Source: Bacteroidota bacterium
GTDB lineage: Bacteria > Bacteroidota > Bacteroidia > UKL13-3
Direction: 5' to 3'
Length of the DNA stretch: 64,000 bases
NCBI GenBank assembly: GCA_027487835.1
Contig: JAIYCU010000025.1
Location: 21,890 to 85,889, forward strand
The notes beneath the pieces were generated by a model. That model made no database searches. It had not been told where the DNA came from and worked only from the letters and a program-made list of their open reading frames with translations. Of the stretch, positions 30,755 through 41,866 are shown in pieces (position 1 is the first letter of the stretch; each line of letters starts with the position of its first letter). A program made the translations under genes and the position numbers.

Positions 30755-33700
30755 ATGAAAAATTTTACAAACCTAAGTTTTAAGGTAATACTGTTATTGC
30801 TAATCACAGCAATAGTTACCAATGAGTCTAGGGCCCAAGCCCTATCTGGAACCTACTCTATTCCTGGAAATTATAGTACCATTAAAGATGCAGTGGATGC
30901 ATTAAACGCAAATGGTGTGAATGGAGCTGTTACCTTTAATATTGGGGCAGGCTCTGCTTACTCAGAGACCTTGTCGAGTGGCATTGCACTTGGAAGTGCT
31001 ACCCTTAATGCTACAGTTTCTGCAACCAATACCATTACCTTTCAAAAAGCTGCCACTGCCACAGCCAACCCGATGGTAACAGCTTATGCAGGTAGTAAAA
31101 TAGCAAGTTCTGCCGACTCTATTGACGTGATGTGGGCAATTTCTGGAACAGATTGGGTTACTATTGACGGGATTGACTTAGTTGAATCCAGCGGTAATAC
31201 TACAAATTTAACATGGATGGAAGTTGGATATGGCTTATACAAGACCAGCGTAACAGATGGTGTAAATAATGTAACCATTAAAAACTGCGTAATCACTCTA
31301 AATAGAAATAACATTACCAATGGTGTGGGCCCACGTAATAATATTGCAGGCTCAACAGGTATTGAAGTTATAAATTGCACAAGAACAGCAGTATCAACTG
31401 CTTTGGTTCAAACTTCTGTGGCAGGTGCAAGTTCTTTTAATAAATTTTATAGCAATACCATTCAAAATGTAAATATTGGAATTGCGTTGGCAGGTGGCAC
31501 TGTAGCTGCGCCGTATACTTTAGCTGATTTGAACAATGATATTGGCGGGAATTCACTTCTAACTGGAAATAACATTATTAACTTTGGTGGTGGAACTGGC
31601 GCTGGAAATGCTTGTGCGGCGGCATATATCAGCAATCAATATGGGTCGAACATTTCAAATAATATAATTCATAACAATACAGGTACTGGGGTAAATCACC
31701 CAACATCGAATAGAGGAATTTGGTTGTTTGCCAATTCACCTGGTGCAAGTTGTAATGTAAATAATAATACGATTACAATTCTTGGTGGCGCCAATGCGGG
31801 TGCCATTAACTGGTGTATAGATATGGAAATGGCGCAAACAGGTGCTAATGGTAATATCCTAAATATTAATGGCAACAAGTTTTTAAACTGTACAAGTTCA
31901 CCTAATACAAGTGTTCAGTTTACTGCCATTTGGGTAAACTCTGCGGCTACTACTGTTAATGTTAATAATAATTATATCTACGGATATTCTAAAAGTTCTA
32001 CAACTGGTATTCAAAGTGTAATCCTTAGTCAATTAGCTGGTATTGGCACTTTAAATATTAACAACAATATTATTGACTCAACCTCATTAACGGGCGTTTT
32101 TACTACGCAATATGGCATTGGTGTAACAGCCACTGCTACTACGCTTAATATCAATAATAATAGCATTACTAAGTTGATTTATAATTCGTCGACAACAGGT
32201 GCAGGTACATTATACCCAATTTATAATGGAGGTGCTGCCACAACAGTTAATGGAAATGCCAACCTAATTGATAGTTTAACAAGAAATGGATCTACTGGTG
32301 GTACTACAATTGGTATGTATTTTTTAAGTGGAACTAACCAAAATGCTAAGAATAACATCTTTAGAAACTTCTATATTACAGGAGCAGGGGCTGCTTCCAC
32401 CATGTATGGTATTCAATTATCTGGGACAACTATTATTTGTGATAGTAATAATATTTATAATTTAAATGTTGCCAAAGCTACAGGCACAGGTGCACTTTAT
32501 GGTATATATGATATCTCTTCCCCAAACAACGAGAACTATCGATATAATAATATATACAATTTAACCCATATTGGTACTGGAATTGTTTATGGCTTATATG
32601 CTTTTACTACTACAGGTACGCGCACAGTAGCCTATAATAATATTTATAACCTAAGTGGATTCTCTACGGTAATTGGAATCTTAATGTCATCTAGTGTGCC
32701 AAGGATTTTTAACAATAGAATTTATGATATTACTACAAATGGAGCAGCTTCTATTGTATCTGGAATCACCATCTCCTCAACTACCGCGGGTACTGCTCAA
32801 GTGTTTAATAATTTAATCTCTAGAGTATTTGCACCACTTTCTAATTCAGCCACTCCAACTTTGTTTGGTATCAATTTAACTACTGTAACAGCCACATCAA
32901 CAATTGGCGTTTATCATAATACCATCAATTTAAATGCGGTTTCAAGTGGCACTAATTTTTCATCTGCAGCTATTCAGCATTCGGCCAATGCAACTGGCAC
33001 AACTGCCGTTTTAGATTTACGCAATAATATTTTAATTAATAATTCAACACCAAGTGGCACGGGTAACTCAGCTGCCATTAGAAGAACTGCAGCTACCACT
33101 GCCAACTATGCAACAACTTCTAATAGAAATATGCTTTATGCTGGAGTTCCGTCTGCAAATAGATTAATTTATTTTGACGGTATTGTTGGTGATTCGACAT
33201 TAGCAGACTTTAAGGCTCGCTTTCTAACCTTAGAGCAAGCTTCTGTCACAGAGCAACCGAGTTTTTTAAGCAATGTTGGTTCTGATCCTAATTTCCTTCA
33301 TTTAGATGCTACTATTCCTACGCGCAGCGAAAGCGGTGGGTCAGTTATTGCGGGTATCACCTTTGATGCGGATAACGTGATTAGACAAGGAAGTTTGGGA
33401 TATTTAGGCACTGGTTCTTCTCCTGATATAGGAGCAGATGAAGGTGAGTTTACAGGTATTGCAATGGTATTAGATTCTAGTAATGTAGATCAAAATACAG
33501 CAGCAGTTCCTATTAATTCGGTAAATCAACAAGTAATTAGGATTCGTGTTTATACTTCTAATAACTTTAATCCATTGGTGTTAAGTTCAATGAAATTGAA
33601 CACAGCTGGAACTACTAACGTTGCTGATATTCAAAATGCAAAAGTATTTTATACAGGTGCTAATCCGGTTTTTGCTACAAGCACTCAATTCGGTTCAACT

Positions 33701-36700
33701 GTTGCAGCTCCAAATGGTGTTTTTTATGCCAATGGAAATTTAACCTTGCCTGCAGGTGTTAGTTATTTATGGGTAAGTTATGATACAAAAACTACTTCAA
33801 CCGTCAATAACTTTATTGATGCAAGAGTAGATAGTTTGCTTATAGGCGGGATAAATACAGCGCCCATCAATGGAGATCCTGTGGGTTCTCGCAGAATCTT
33901 AGCTCCATTAAATGGTAACTATCTTGTGGGTAATACTCAAGTATATCCAACCTTAACTGCAGCAAGTGCAGATTTAGTAACATTGGGTGTTTCTGGTCCA
34001 GTTTCCTTTATATTAACTGATACTATATATAATTCAACGAGCGGTGAAGTTTTTCCAATTTCTTTTTCTGCTTATACAGGAGCATCAAGCACAAACACAG
34101 TAACTGTTAGACCAGCAACAGGTATTTCAGCTAGAATTGAAAGTAACAATTCAAATACTACAGTTGACCTAAATAATATTAATTTTTTTAGATTAGATGG
34201 AAGGCCAGGTGCTATTGGAGGATTCACAATAGGTTCAAACCTAATTATTAGCAATGCTGGGAATACCGCACCTGCATTAAGGTTTAGCAATGAAGCATCT
34301 AACAATCAAATTCTCTTTACTGACTTAAGAGCCAATAACCAAACTGCTGCTGGTGCAATAAATGCGGGTGTATTAAGTTTTGGTGCTACATCAGGCTTAA
34401 ATGGAATAGATAATAATATTATAAGAAATTGCCATATTCATGAAAATGGAGGCGGGAATCCAGTGGTAGCTGTTTCTTCAATTGGTTCAGCCAATTCAAT
34501 TTCAGCAAATAATGATGCCAATATTATTGATAGTTGCGAGATTTATAATTTCTATAATGCTTCTTTGGCCTCAACTGCAATTTATGTGGGTGCAAACAAT
34601 AATGCTTGGTTTATAAATTCAAATAAATTTTACCAAACAGGTTTATTGACCTATTCAAGTGCGGTTACTCATCGTATATTTTGGATAACGCCAAACACAG
34701 CCAACTTAACGACTGGAAGTGGATTTGTAATTCATAATAACTATTTAGGTGGAAGTGCTGGAAATGGAACGGGTGTTTATGCCATGACTGGGACAACTAC
34801 CTATTTGTTTAATGCAATGGATATTTCTGTTGGTTTAGGTGTCCCTACTTCCATTCAAGGTAATATTATTACTAATTTCAATGAAACAAATGGCGGCGGT
34901 AGTGCAATAAATTTCTTAGGTATTAACTTGGTAAATGGAAATGTAAATTGTGGCACAACCACTGGTAACTTAATAGGTTCAAGAACTGTGAATGGCGCAA
35001 TTACTTATACCGTTACGGGAGCAAGTGGCGGCGCCTCAGGTATTAGAACAGGGGGTGGAACTGGAAATACTTTTAATATTTCAAATAATATCATCAGTGG
35101 TTTTGATCTAATCGGTAATGCAACAACGGCCACTCCTGAATTTTTTGGTATCAATCCGTTTTTAGGAACAAATGTGAATGTAACCAATAATATGATTGGT
35201 GATACTTCTTTGCTTGCTAGTATTCAAGTAATATCTACAAGTGCCACTTCTACGTTAGCGCAAAGAGTGACCGGAATATTTGTTAATCCAAGTTCTGGTA
35301 CACCTGTTTTTAATATCAGTAATAATATCATTTGTAATATTTCTAATGCTTATTCAGCTACAGGTACACAAGCTGCTTGCACCCGTGGTATAGCATTATT
35401 GCCAACCATTGCAGGTACTTACACTGTTTCTAATAACCGAATTACAAATATCTATACGGCATCTGCTACTACAGCAAATGCGGCAAATACAACTTTAGCA
35501 GGTATCGTAGCAAGTCATACTGTTGGAGCTTCTTTAATTTCTAACAATATCATTGCTAATCTAAATCTTACAAGTACCAATATAACAGCTCCTATTCAGG
35601 CAACAGGTATTTTTTATTCTACGCCTGCCTCTGGTAATAATCAAGTATTGCGTAACCAAATTCATACCTTAGTTATAACAGCATTAAATCCAGTAGCAAG
35701 TATCAATGGATTGGACTTTGCAGCGGGTAATGGGGTTGTGGCAAATAATATGATTCGTTTAGGATTGGACTCTTTGGGCAATTCAATTGCAACTCCTTGT
35801 GTGTTTAGAGGAATTACTAAAAACACAGGTAATATTACTTTAGTGCATAATTCTGTTTACATTGGTGGAACAGGTATTGCAAGCAATGCTGCAAATACCA
35901 TTGCATTTCAACGTTCTGGAGCAGGTACAGATATTGTGCGCAATAACATTTTTGTAAATAACCGTTCGAATGGTTCTGGGACTGGAAAGCATTATGTAAA
36001 TTATCTTATCAATGCCACAACCTTAACCCAAAATAATAATAGTTATTTTGGCAATGGCACAGGGTTGGTTTTTGGAACTTTTAATAATGGTACTACAGAT
36101 GTGGCAAACTTTGTAAACAATTGGATTGCTTCAGAAAATAGTAGTGCATTTGCAAATCCTCAATTTATAAATGCGAATGGAGGTATGATAGATGGAGATT
36201 TACATATCAGTACAACATTAGCTACGCCTATAGAGGCAAATGGCTTTACCTTAGCAACTATTACCGAAGATTTTGATGGACAGACAAGAAGCACTTTATC
36301 TCCAACTGATATTGGTGCTGATGCTGGAAACTTTATTCAATTAGATGTATTTGCTCCTATTATTGGAAACTTCACTGCAGGTAATACAGCTTCTACAGGC
36401 GACAGAACTTTCCTTGTAAATATTACAGATCAAACTGGGGTGCCAGTTTCTGGTGGGCTTGAACCAAGAGTATATTTTAAAAAGTTTGCAGCTGGTTCAT
36501 TTGCTTCAACCGGTGCTGTTCGAACCTCAGGTACAGCTCAAAATGGTATTTATACTTTTACCATTTCGCAAAGTACCCTTGGTGGTTTAACGATTAGTGA
36601 TTCAGTTTACTTTTATTTAATCGCCCAGGATTCATCATTGGGAGCTAATTTATCAAGTTTGCCTGGTGGTGCCAATGCTAGCAATGTAAATACAATTGTG

Positions 36701-39700
36701 GCTGAACCTAGTACCTTATTTTCTTACCGAATCGTTCCAGGTTTGTCTGGAACCATTTTGGTAGGTGCTGGCCAAACCTATACCTCATTAACTGGCTCAG
36801 GTGGTTTATTTGAGGCCGTAAACAATGGTTCTTTAAACAGCAGTATAACGGCTGTTATCACCAGCGACTTATTAGAAACTGGCGTAAACGGTCTTAATCA
36901 AATTAATGAAACTGGCGCAGGTAATTACACCTTTTCGATTGTACCTGATGGAACTACAGAAAGGTTGATTGTAGGCAATGTTCAAGGTGCTGGTGATATC
37001 GGAGGATTAATAAGACTAAATGGTGCTGACAGGGTAAAAATAGATGGAAGTTTTGGAGGAAGCGGTAGATTTTTAAGATTTAGAAATAGGGCATTTAATA
37101 CCACATTTATCCCTAACGCAACAATTAGATTTCAAAACGATTCTAAATTGGATACGGTTAGAAACTGTTTTATTGAAGGAACAGATCAAGCTGTAGGTAC
37201 TATCCTTTTTGGTACTACAAATGTAGTCGGAGGCTTTGGAAACGATTCAAATGCGGTTATCAATTGTGTTATTAGAGATACATTAGGCAATCCTTCTACA
37301 GGTCAGATTCCTAATACTGCGCTTCAAAGCCAAGGCACGGCGGGCATAGGAAACGATTATAACACCTTTGCCAACAATGAGGTATTTAATCACGGCTTTG
37401 CTCTTGCTAATTTGGCCACTACTGCTGGTGATTTTTGGAATTTTTCTAACAATAGTTTCTATCAAATCATTGTAAAAGCAAACCCTATAATAGCGTATCA
37501 AATTGATGGTGGAACAGGTCATATTTTTAATGGAAATAGCATGGGCGGTTCAGCTCCTAATAGAAGTGGCGCAGCATTAACAACAACTAATGCTAGCAAT
37601 CCAAATATTACGGCAATAAGAATTAACAATGCAGCTACAACGGCTCAAATTACCAATAATACTTTTTCTAATATTGCTAGTACGAGTGCCGTTCATTTAA
37701 TTAATATTTCGGCAGGCAATGTTACCATTGCCAATAACACAATCGGAGGCGGTGCTATGCCATACGATACTGTTCAAAATGGTTTTGACAATGGAATTAT
37801 TAATGTTACGGGAGGAACAATTTCTATTGTTAACAATACAATAGGAAATATTTCATACTACGATGGATTTGGAGATAGAACGAGTGGAATAACCGTTTCC
37901 GGAGGAACTGCCACCATTACTGGCAATACCATTAGAGACATTAAAGGTAATTCTAGTGGTACTGCATTTACTTTCTTAATAACTGGTATGCATATTAGTG
38001 GTGGTACCAACCATGTAATTGAACAAAATATAGTATCCAATATTTTTAACATTAATGCAGGTACTGCGGCATATACCGCAGTAGGTATAAATGTGATTGG
38101 GGGAACAAACACATCTGTTTTGCGCAATAGAATTCATACTATTTATGGCTCTGGTTCTGGAACTGGATCAAGTTCTAACCAAGTTTTTGGTATGTATGTT
38201 TCAAGTACTGGTGGTGTAAATGTGAGAAACAACCAAATAAGCATTGGTAACAATACTACCGGCGAAACACGTGTTTACGGCATACAAGATGTTGCTGGTT
38301 CTGGAAATAACCTTTATTACAACAACTCAATTTTTGTGAATGGTCTTATAACAAGTGGTTCTAATAACTCTTATTGCATTCAACGCACAGGCTTATCTAA
38401 TGTGGTGAGTCTAAATAATATTTTATATAATAAGCGTGCAACCTTAGGAACTGGAGCTGGCTTTGCATTTGGCTCAAACTCACTAACAGGAGTTGCCGCC
38501 AATACCGTAAATTATAACCTAATAGTAGTTAATGATACCAATAGAATTGCAGAAGCTCCTTTGAACTTTGCAAATAGTGTTAGTTTATTTAATACGTTTT
38601 ATTCAAACGCAAATACTTACCCATCTAATTGGTATGAGTTGACTGCAAATTTACCAGCGCAAACGTTCTTTGTAGATACATTGGTAGCTAATTTGAATAT
38701 TTTAAGCTCAAACGCCAATGCATGGTATGCCAATGGAAAAGGTCTTGCATTAACAGCGGTATCAAATGATTTTAACAACAATGCCCGTTCAATATCAATT
38801 GCAAATGGAGCAACAGATATTGGTTCAAATGAATTCAATACTTCAACTTTACCTCCTTTGGCTACTGCAAGTGCTGCGCCTACATTAGGAAACACTACTA
38901 TATATACTTTTGGCGGAAAGCAAATTGCTAGCCTAACTTGGGGTAACGCTGGAACTGTTCCAAGTGCAGTTGCCATTAGGTATTACAGTGGTGAAAACGC
39001 GCCAAATTTAATTGCAGGAAGAACACGTTTCAACGCCTTTTATGATATAGCTGCAACTGGCGGAACTGGATTTACTTATAACCTTAGCTTGTTGGCAGAT
39101 TCTGCTACGCTAGGCAATGTTGCAGGTATTAGCCCCTCCAAGTTAGCGCGTTTTGAAACAGCCACTTGGAATTTTATTACTAATTCTGCCAGTAATGGCA
39201 TTAACGGTACGCTTGCAACCACAACGCCTCAAAGTAGTTTCGGGATTTTTACTGGTACAGATGCTAACAATAATCCGTTACCCGTAACACTTTTAGCCTT
39301 TAATGCTCAGAAAATTGAGGAGGATGTGAAATTAACCTGGAAAACAGCTAGCGAATTAAATAACAAAGGCTTTTATATAGAACGCTCTGTTGATGGATTG
39401 AACTTTGAAACCATTGGATTTGTTAAAGGAAAAGGAAATTCTGAAATGGTTATTTCTTATGGTTTTGTTGACCAAAATGCGTTTGAAAATACAGGAATCA
39501 ACAAACTCTACTACCGTTTGAACCAAGTTGATTTTGATGGAACAAACTCTTATTCAGAACTTAAACAAGTAGAGAAAGAAGTGAGTTTAGGTTTGAAGGT
39601 TGGTTTATATCCAAATCCTTTCGCGCAAAGCTTTACAATTGCATTGAATTTGGTTCAAACCGAAACCATTGCTATTGAAGTTTTGGATGTAAATGGACGC

Positions 39701-39835
39701 AGTTTAAATCGTTTTGTGAAATCAGCGCAAGCGGCTGTTACAATTACAGAATTGAATGAGTTAGCCAGTGGTGTTTACTTTATAAGAATAAGCATTGGCG
39801 ATGAATTAAAGGTATTGAGACTGGTAAAAGAATAG
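30755..39835 (+). CDS. 3026-aa secreted beta-helix protein with BNR-associated-N-like domain and T9SS type A CTD
   Basis: Signal peptide; N/I/T/G-rich xxNNxI repeats; three modules each ending in DIGADE/DIGSNE; LPVTLLAF...WKTASELNN domain; C-terminal LYPNPF...SGVYFIRI...RLVKE. Confidence 0.88.
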   Translation: MKNFTNLSFKVILLLLITAIVTNESRAQALSGTYSIPGNYSTIKDAVDALNANGVNGAVTFNIGAGSAYSETLSSGIALGSATLNATVSATNTITFQKAATATANPMVTAYAGSKIASSADSIDVMWAISGTDWVTIDGIDLVESSGNTTNLTWMEVGYGLYKTSVTDGVNNVTIKNCVITLNRNNITNGVGPRNNIAGSTGIEVINCTRTAVSTALVQTSVAGASSFNKFYSNTIQNVNIGIALAGGTVAAPYTLADLNNDIGGNSLLTGNNIINFGGGTGAGNACAAAYISNQYGSNISNNIIHNNTGTGVNHPTSNRGIWLFANSPGASCNVNNNTITILGGANAGAINWCIDMEMAQTGANGNILNINGNKFLNCTSSPNTSVQFTAIWVNSAATTVNVNNNYIYGYSKSSTTGIQSVILSQLAGIGTLNINNNIIDSTSLTGVFTTQYGIGVTATATTLNINNNSITKLIYNSSTTGAGTLYPIYNGGAATTVNGNANLIDSLTRNGSTGGTTIGMYFLSGTNQNAKNNIFRNFYITGAGAASTMYGIQLSGTTIICDSNNIYNLNVAKATGTGALYGIYDISSPNNENYRYNNIYNLTHIGTGIVYGLYAFTTTGTRTVAYNNIYNLSGFSTVIGILMSSSVPRIFNNRIYDITTNGAASIVSGITISSTTAGTAQVFNNLISRVFAPLSNSATPTLFGINLTTVTATSTIGVYHNTINLNAVSSGTNFSSAAIQHSANATGTTAVLDLRNNILINNSTPSGTGNSAAIRRTAATTANYATTSNRNMLYAGVPSANRLIYFDGIVGDSTLADFKARFLTLEQASVTEQPSFLSNVGSDPNFLHLDATIPTRSESGGSVIAGITFDADNVIRQGSLGYLGTGSSPDIGADEGEFTGIAMVLDSSNVDQNTAAVPINSVNQQVIRIRVYTSNNFNPLVLSSMKLNTAGTTNVADIQNAKVFYTGANPVFATSTQFGSTVAAPNGVFYANGNLTLPAGVSYLWVSYDTKTTSTVNNFIDARVDSLLIGGINTAPINGDPVGSRRILAPLNGNYLVGNTQVYPTLTAASADLVTLGVSGPVSFILTDTIYNSTSGEVFPISFSAYTGASSTNTVTVRPATGISARIESNNSNTTVDLNNINFFRLDGRPGAIGGFTIGSNLIISNAGNTAPALRFSNEASNNQILFTDLRANNQTAAGAINAGVLSFGATSGLNGIDNNIIRNCHIHENGGGNPVVAVSSIGSANSISANNDANIIDSCEIYNFYNASLASTAIYVGANNNAWFINSNKFYQTGLLTYSSAVTHRIFWITPNTANLTTGSGFVIHNNYLGGSAGNGTGVYAMTGTTTYLFNAMDISVGLGVPTSIQGNIITNFNETNGGGSAINFLGINLVNGNVNCGTTTGNLIGSRTVNGAITYTVTGASGGASGIRTGGGTGNTFNISNNIISGFDLIGNATTATPEFFGINPFLGTNVNVTNNMIGDTSLLASIQVISTSATSTLAQRVTGIFVNPSSGTPVFNISNNIICNISNAYSATGTQAACTRGIALLPTIAGTYTVSNNRITNIYTASATTANAANTTLAGIVASHTVGASLISNNIIANLNLTSTNITAPIQATGIFYSTPASGNNQVLRNQIHTLVITALNPVASINGLDFAAGNGVVANNMIRLGLDSLGNSIATPCVFRGITKNTGNITLVHNSVYIGGTGIASNAANTIAFQRSGAGTDIVRNNIFVNNRSNGSGTGKHYVNYLINATTLTQNNNSYFGNGTGLVFGTFNNGTTDVANFVNNWIASENSSAFANPQFINANGGMIDGDLHISTTLATPIEANGFTLATITEDFDGQTRSTLSPTDIGADAGNFIQLDVFAPIIGNFTAGNTASTGDRTFLVNITDQTGVPVSGGLEPRVYFKKFAAGSFASTGAVRTSGTAQNGIYTFTISQSTLGGLTISDSVYFYLIAQDSSLGANLSSLPGGANASNVNTIVAEPSTLFSYRIVPGLSGTILVGAGQTYTSLTGSGGLFEAVNNGSLNSSITAVITSDLLETGVNGLNQINETGAGNYTFSIVPDGTTERLIVGNVQGAGDIGGLIRLNGADRVKIDGSFGGSGRFLRFRNRAFNTTFIPNATIRFQNDSKLDTVRNCFIEGTDQAVGTILFGTTNVVGGFGNDSNAVINCVIRDTLGNPSTGQIPNTALQSQGTAGIGNDYNTFANNEVFNHGFALANLATTAGDFWNFSNNSFYQIIVKANPIIAYQIDGGTGHIFNGNSMGGSAPNRSGAALTTTNASNPNITAIRINNAATTAQITNNTFSNIASTSAVHLINISAGNVTIANNTIGGGAMPYDTVQNGFDNGIINVTGGTISIVNNTIGNISYYDGFGDRTSGITVSGGTATITGNTIRDIKGNSSGTAFTFLITGMHISGGTNHVIEQNIVSNIFNINAGTAAYTAVGINVIGGTNTSVLRNRIHTIYGSGSGTGSSSNQVFGMYVSSTGGVNVRNNQISIGNNTTGETRVYGIQDVAGSGNNLYYNNSIFVNGLITSGSNNSYCIQRTGLSNVVSLNNILYNKRATLGTGAGFAFGSNSLTGVAANTVNYNLIVVNDTNRIAEAPLNFANSVSLFNTFYSNANTYPSNWYELTANLPAQTFFVDTLVANLNILSSNANAWYANGKGLALTAVSNDFNNNARSISIANGATDIGSNEFNTSTLPPLATASAAPTLGNTTIYTFGGKQIASLTWGNAGTVPSAVAIRYYSGENAPNLIAGRTRFNAFYDIAATGGTGFTYNLSLLADSATLGNVAGISPSKLARFETATWNFITNSASNGINGTLATTTPQSSFGIFTGTDANNNPLPVTLLAFNAQKIEEDVKLTWKTASELNNKGFYIERSVDGLNFETIGFVKGKGNSEMVISYGFVDQNAFENTGINKLYYRLNQVDFDGTNSYSELKQVEKEVSLGLKVGLYPNPFAQSFTIALNLVQTETIAIEVLDVNGRSLNRFVKSAQAAVTITELNELASGVYFIRISIGDELKVLRLVKE
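39650..39666 (+). repeat. Dispersed motif TTGGTTCAAACCGAAAC, perfect copy
   Basis: In the CTD of the 3026-aa protein, read as LVQTET. Confidence 0.9.
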
Positions 39836-39860
39836 GGGAATTTATTTTTTGATAGCGCAA

Positions 39861-39887
39861 TAGTGGGCGGCCGAAGGCCGCCCACTA
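39861..39887. terminator. Perfect 12-bp GC-rich hairpin with GAA loop between convergent genes (terminator or REP-like)
   Basis: TAGTGGGCGGCC-GAA-GGCCGCCCACTA; overlaps the sua5 stop codon; followed by GTTTTGTTTT on the + strand. Confidence 0.65.
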
Positions 39888-40847
39888 GTTTTGTTTTATA
39901 GCCGCCCGTCTCAATCTATCATTTATTGCCCTGCCAAGATTTTCCTCAGGCAATAATTGTGCAATGATTACTTTTAATTGCATGTTGTCTGCCTTACGTA
40001 AAGCTGTAAATAGGTTTTGGGCGGCTTCTGCATAACTACCACCATCGGATAATAATATCTGATTAATAGTAGGAATTTGCCCATGTGGCTCCTTAAATCC
40101 AATAAAAGCCATTTCAGAAAACTCAGCTTCAGGTAAATGTGCAATGGCATCGTCTATATACAAGGGAGTTTGTGGCGCATAATGCCTACTTAACATACCT
40201 GGTGCTTCAGGGTTTTCATTATTTATAAGTTTGGTTTGATCCAATTTCATCCCTAAACTATCTTCTATTTCCTCTAGACTAAGTCCGCCTAGCCGAAGTA
40301 ATTTTGGGGTGTTTCCTGTAAAAGAAATTATGGTAGATTCTAATCCAATATGGCATGGGCCGCCATCCAAAATTGCGCCAATTTCTTCCCCAAACTGCGC
40401 TTGAACATCTTGTGCTTTGGTGGGACTTATTGTGCCAGATTTATTTGCGCTGGGTGCTGCCAATGGAAAAGCTAGTTTGCTTAATAATTCTAATGTTAAC
40501 GGATGATTTGGAACTCGAATAGCAACACTATTTTGACCTGCCGTAACAATATCGGGTATTAAATTACTTTTAGGTACAACAAGAGTGAGTGGTCCAGGAG
40601 AAAATTTTGCTGCTAGGTCTAATGCTTGTTTAGGGATGGATATTTCCCATTCTTGAAACCGTTCCATGGAATTCGAATGCAATATTAATGGGTTAAATTG
40701 GGGTCGGTTTTTTGCCTGAAAGATTCCTGCAACTGCTTGCCCATTAAAACCGTTTGCCGCTAAGCCATAAACTGTTTCGGTTGGAATTGCTACCAATTTT
40801 CCTTCGCTTAGCAGGTCGATAGCTGTTTGCAGTTTATGAATTATCAT
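39885..40847 (-). CDS. sua5: L-threonylcarbamoyladenylate synthase (Sua5/TsaC with C-terminal Sua5 domain)
   Basis: PTETVYGLAA, KNRPQFNPLILH, AAPSANKSG, GLESTI, PGMLSRHYAP. Confidence 0.95.
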   Translation of the reverse strand: MIIHKLQTAIDLLSEGKLVAIPTETVYGLAANGFNGQAVAGIFQAKNRPQFNPLILHSNSMERFQEWEISIPKQALDLAAKFSPGPLTLVVPKSNLIPDIVTAGQNSVAIRVPNHPLTLELLSKLAFPLAAPSANKSGTISPTKAQDVQAQFGEEIGAILDGGPCHIGLESTIISFTGNTPKLLRLGGLSLEEIEDSLGMKLDQTKLINNENPEAPGMLSRHYAPQTPLYIDDAIAHLPEAEFSEMAFIGFKEPHGQIPTINQILLSDGGSYAEAAQNLFTALRKADNMQLKVIIAQLLPEENLGRAINDRLRRAAIKQN

Positions 40848-40885
40848 TTTGTCTCTTTATTAATTCTATTCATTCAAAATTAGGC

Positions 40886-40929
40886 AAAAAAAGGCCGCAA
40901 GAAATCGTTTTACCAATTCTTGCGGCCTT
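40886..40929 (-). terminator. Rho-independent terminator downstream of hbd
   Basis: 13-bp stem AAGGCCGCAAGAA/TTCTTGCGGCCTT with a 13-nt loop, followed by a T run on the minus strand. Confidence 0.75.
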
Positions 40930-40947
40930 AATAATATGATTTAGTTG

Positions 40948-41835
40948 TTAGTTAAACCTAGGAGATACTACTAGTTCTTTAGAGCCTGGCGTATACACAT
41001 AAAATCCTTCGCCAGATTTAACACCCATAATACCTGCAGTTACCATGTTTACTAATAATGGACTTGGCGCATACTTGGTATCACCCAATCCATCATACAA
41101 TACATTCATAATCGCTAAGCAAACATCTAATCCAATAAAATCTGCTAATTGTAAGGGTCCCATTGGATGCGCCATACCTAGTTTCATTACTGTATCAATA
41201 GATTCTACTGTTCCAACGCCACTTTGTAAACATATGATGGCTTCATTAATCATTGGCATTAAGATACGGTTGGCAATAAAACCCGCATAATCATTTGCCT
41301 CTGCAGGTACTTTACCGATGGCTTTTGATAAATTAACCACGGCTTCACTTACTTCTTTAGAAGTTTTATACCCATTGATAACTTCAACAAGTTTCATCAC
41401 AGGTACAGGGTTCATAAAATGCATTCCAATTACTTGCTCTGGACGTTTGGTAACGCTTGCAATTTTGGTAATAGAAATTGAAGATGTATTTGAGGCAAGT
41501 ATGCAATGTGCAGGTGCATACTCATCAATTTGTTTAAAAATATCAAGTTTAATATTGATGTTTTCACTGGCCGCTTCCACAATTAAATCTGCCTCGCTAC
41601 TTGCTTCTTTTAAGCTAGTAAAAGTGGTAATATTGGCAAGTGTTGCAAGTTTAACTTCTTCTGTTATACTTCCTTTTGTTACCATGCGGTCAAGGTTCTT
41701 TCCGATGGTTTCAATCGCTTTTTTCAATTGCGTTTCATTAACATCAATTAAATTTACCTTGTAATTGTTTTGGGCAAAAACGTGGGCTATTCCATTTCCC
41801 ATAGTGCCTGATCCTATAACTGTAATGTTCTTCAT
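40948..41835 (-). CDS. hbd: 3-hydroxybutyryl-CoA dehydrogenase
   Basis: VIGSGTMGNG, LASNTSSISI, GMHFMNPVP, GFIANRIL, HPMGPLQLADFIGLD. Confidence 0.95.
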   Translation of the reverse strand: MKNITVIGSGTMGNGIAHVFAQNNYKVNLIDVNETQLKKAIETIGKNLDRMVTKGSITEEVKLATLANITTFTSLKEASSEADLIVEAASENINIKLDIFKQIDEYAPAHCILASNTSSISITKIASVTKRPEQVIGMHFMNPVPVMKLVEVINGYKTSKEVSEAVVNLSKAIGKVPAEANDYAGFIANRILMPMINEAIICLQSGVGTVESIDTVMKLGMAHPMGPLQLADFIGLDVCLAIMNVLYDGLGDTKYAPSPLLVNMVTAGIMGVKSGEGFYVYTPGSKELVVSPRFN

Positions 41836-41866
41836 ATCGATTTTATTGCATTTTTAAATTGCTGCG

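Noticed and set aside
30755-39835. Phase-variable or recently duplicated DNA repeats inside the giant gene
   Set aside because: Module similarity is visible only at protein level; no exact tandem DNA repeats or slippage tracts were seen.
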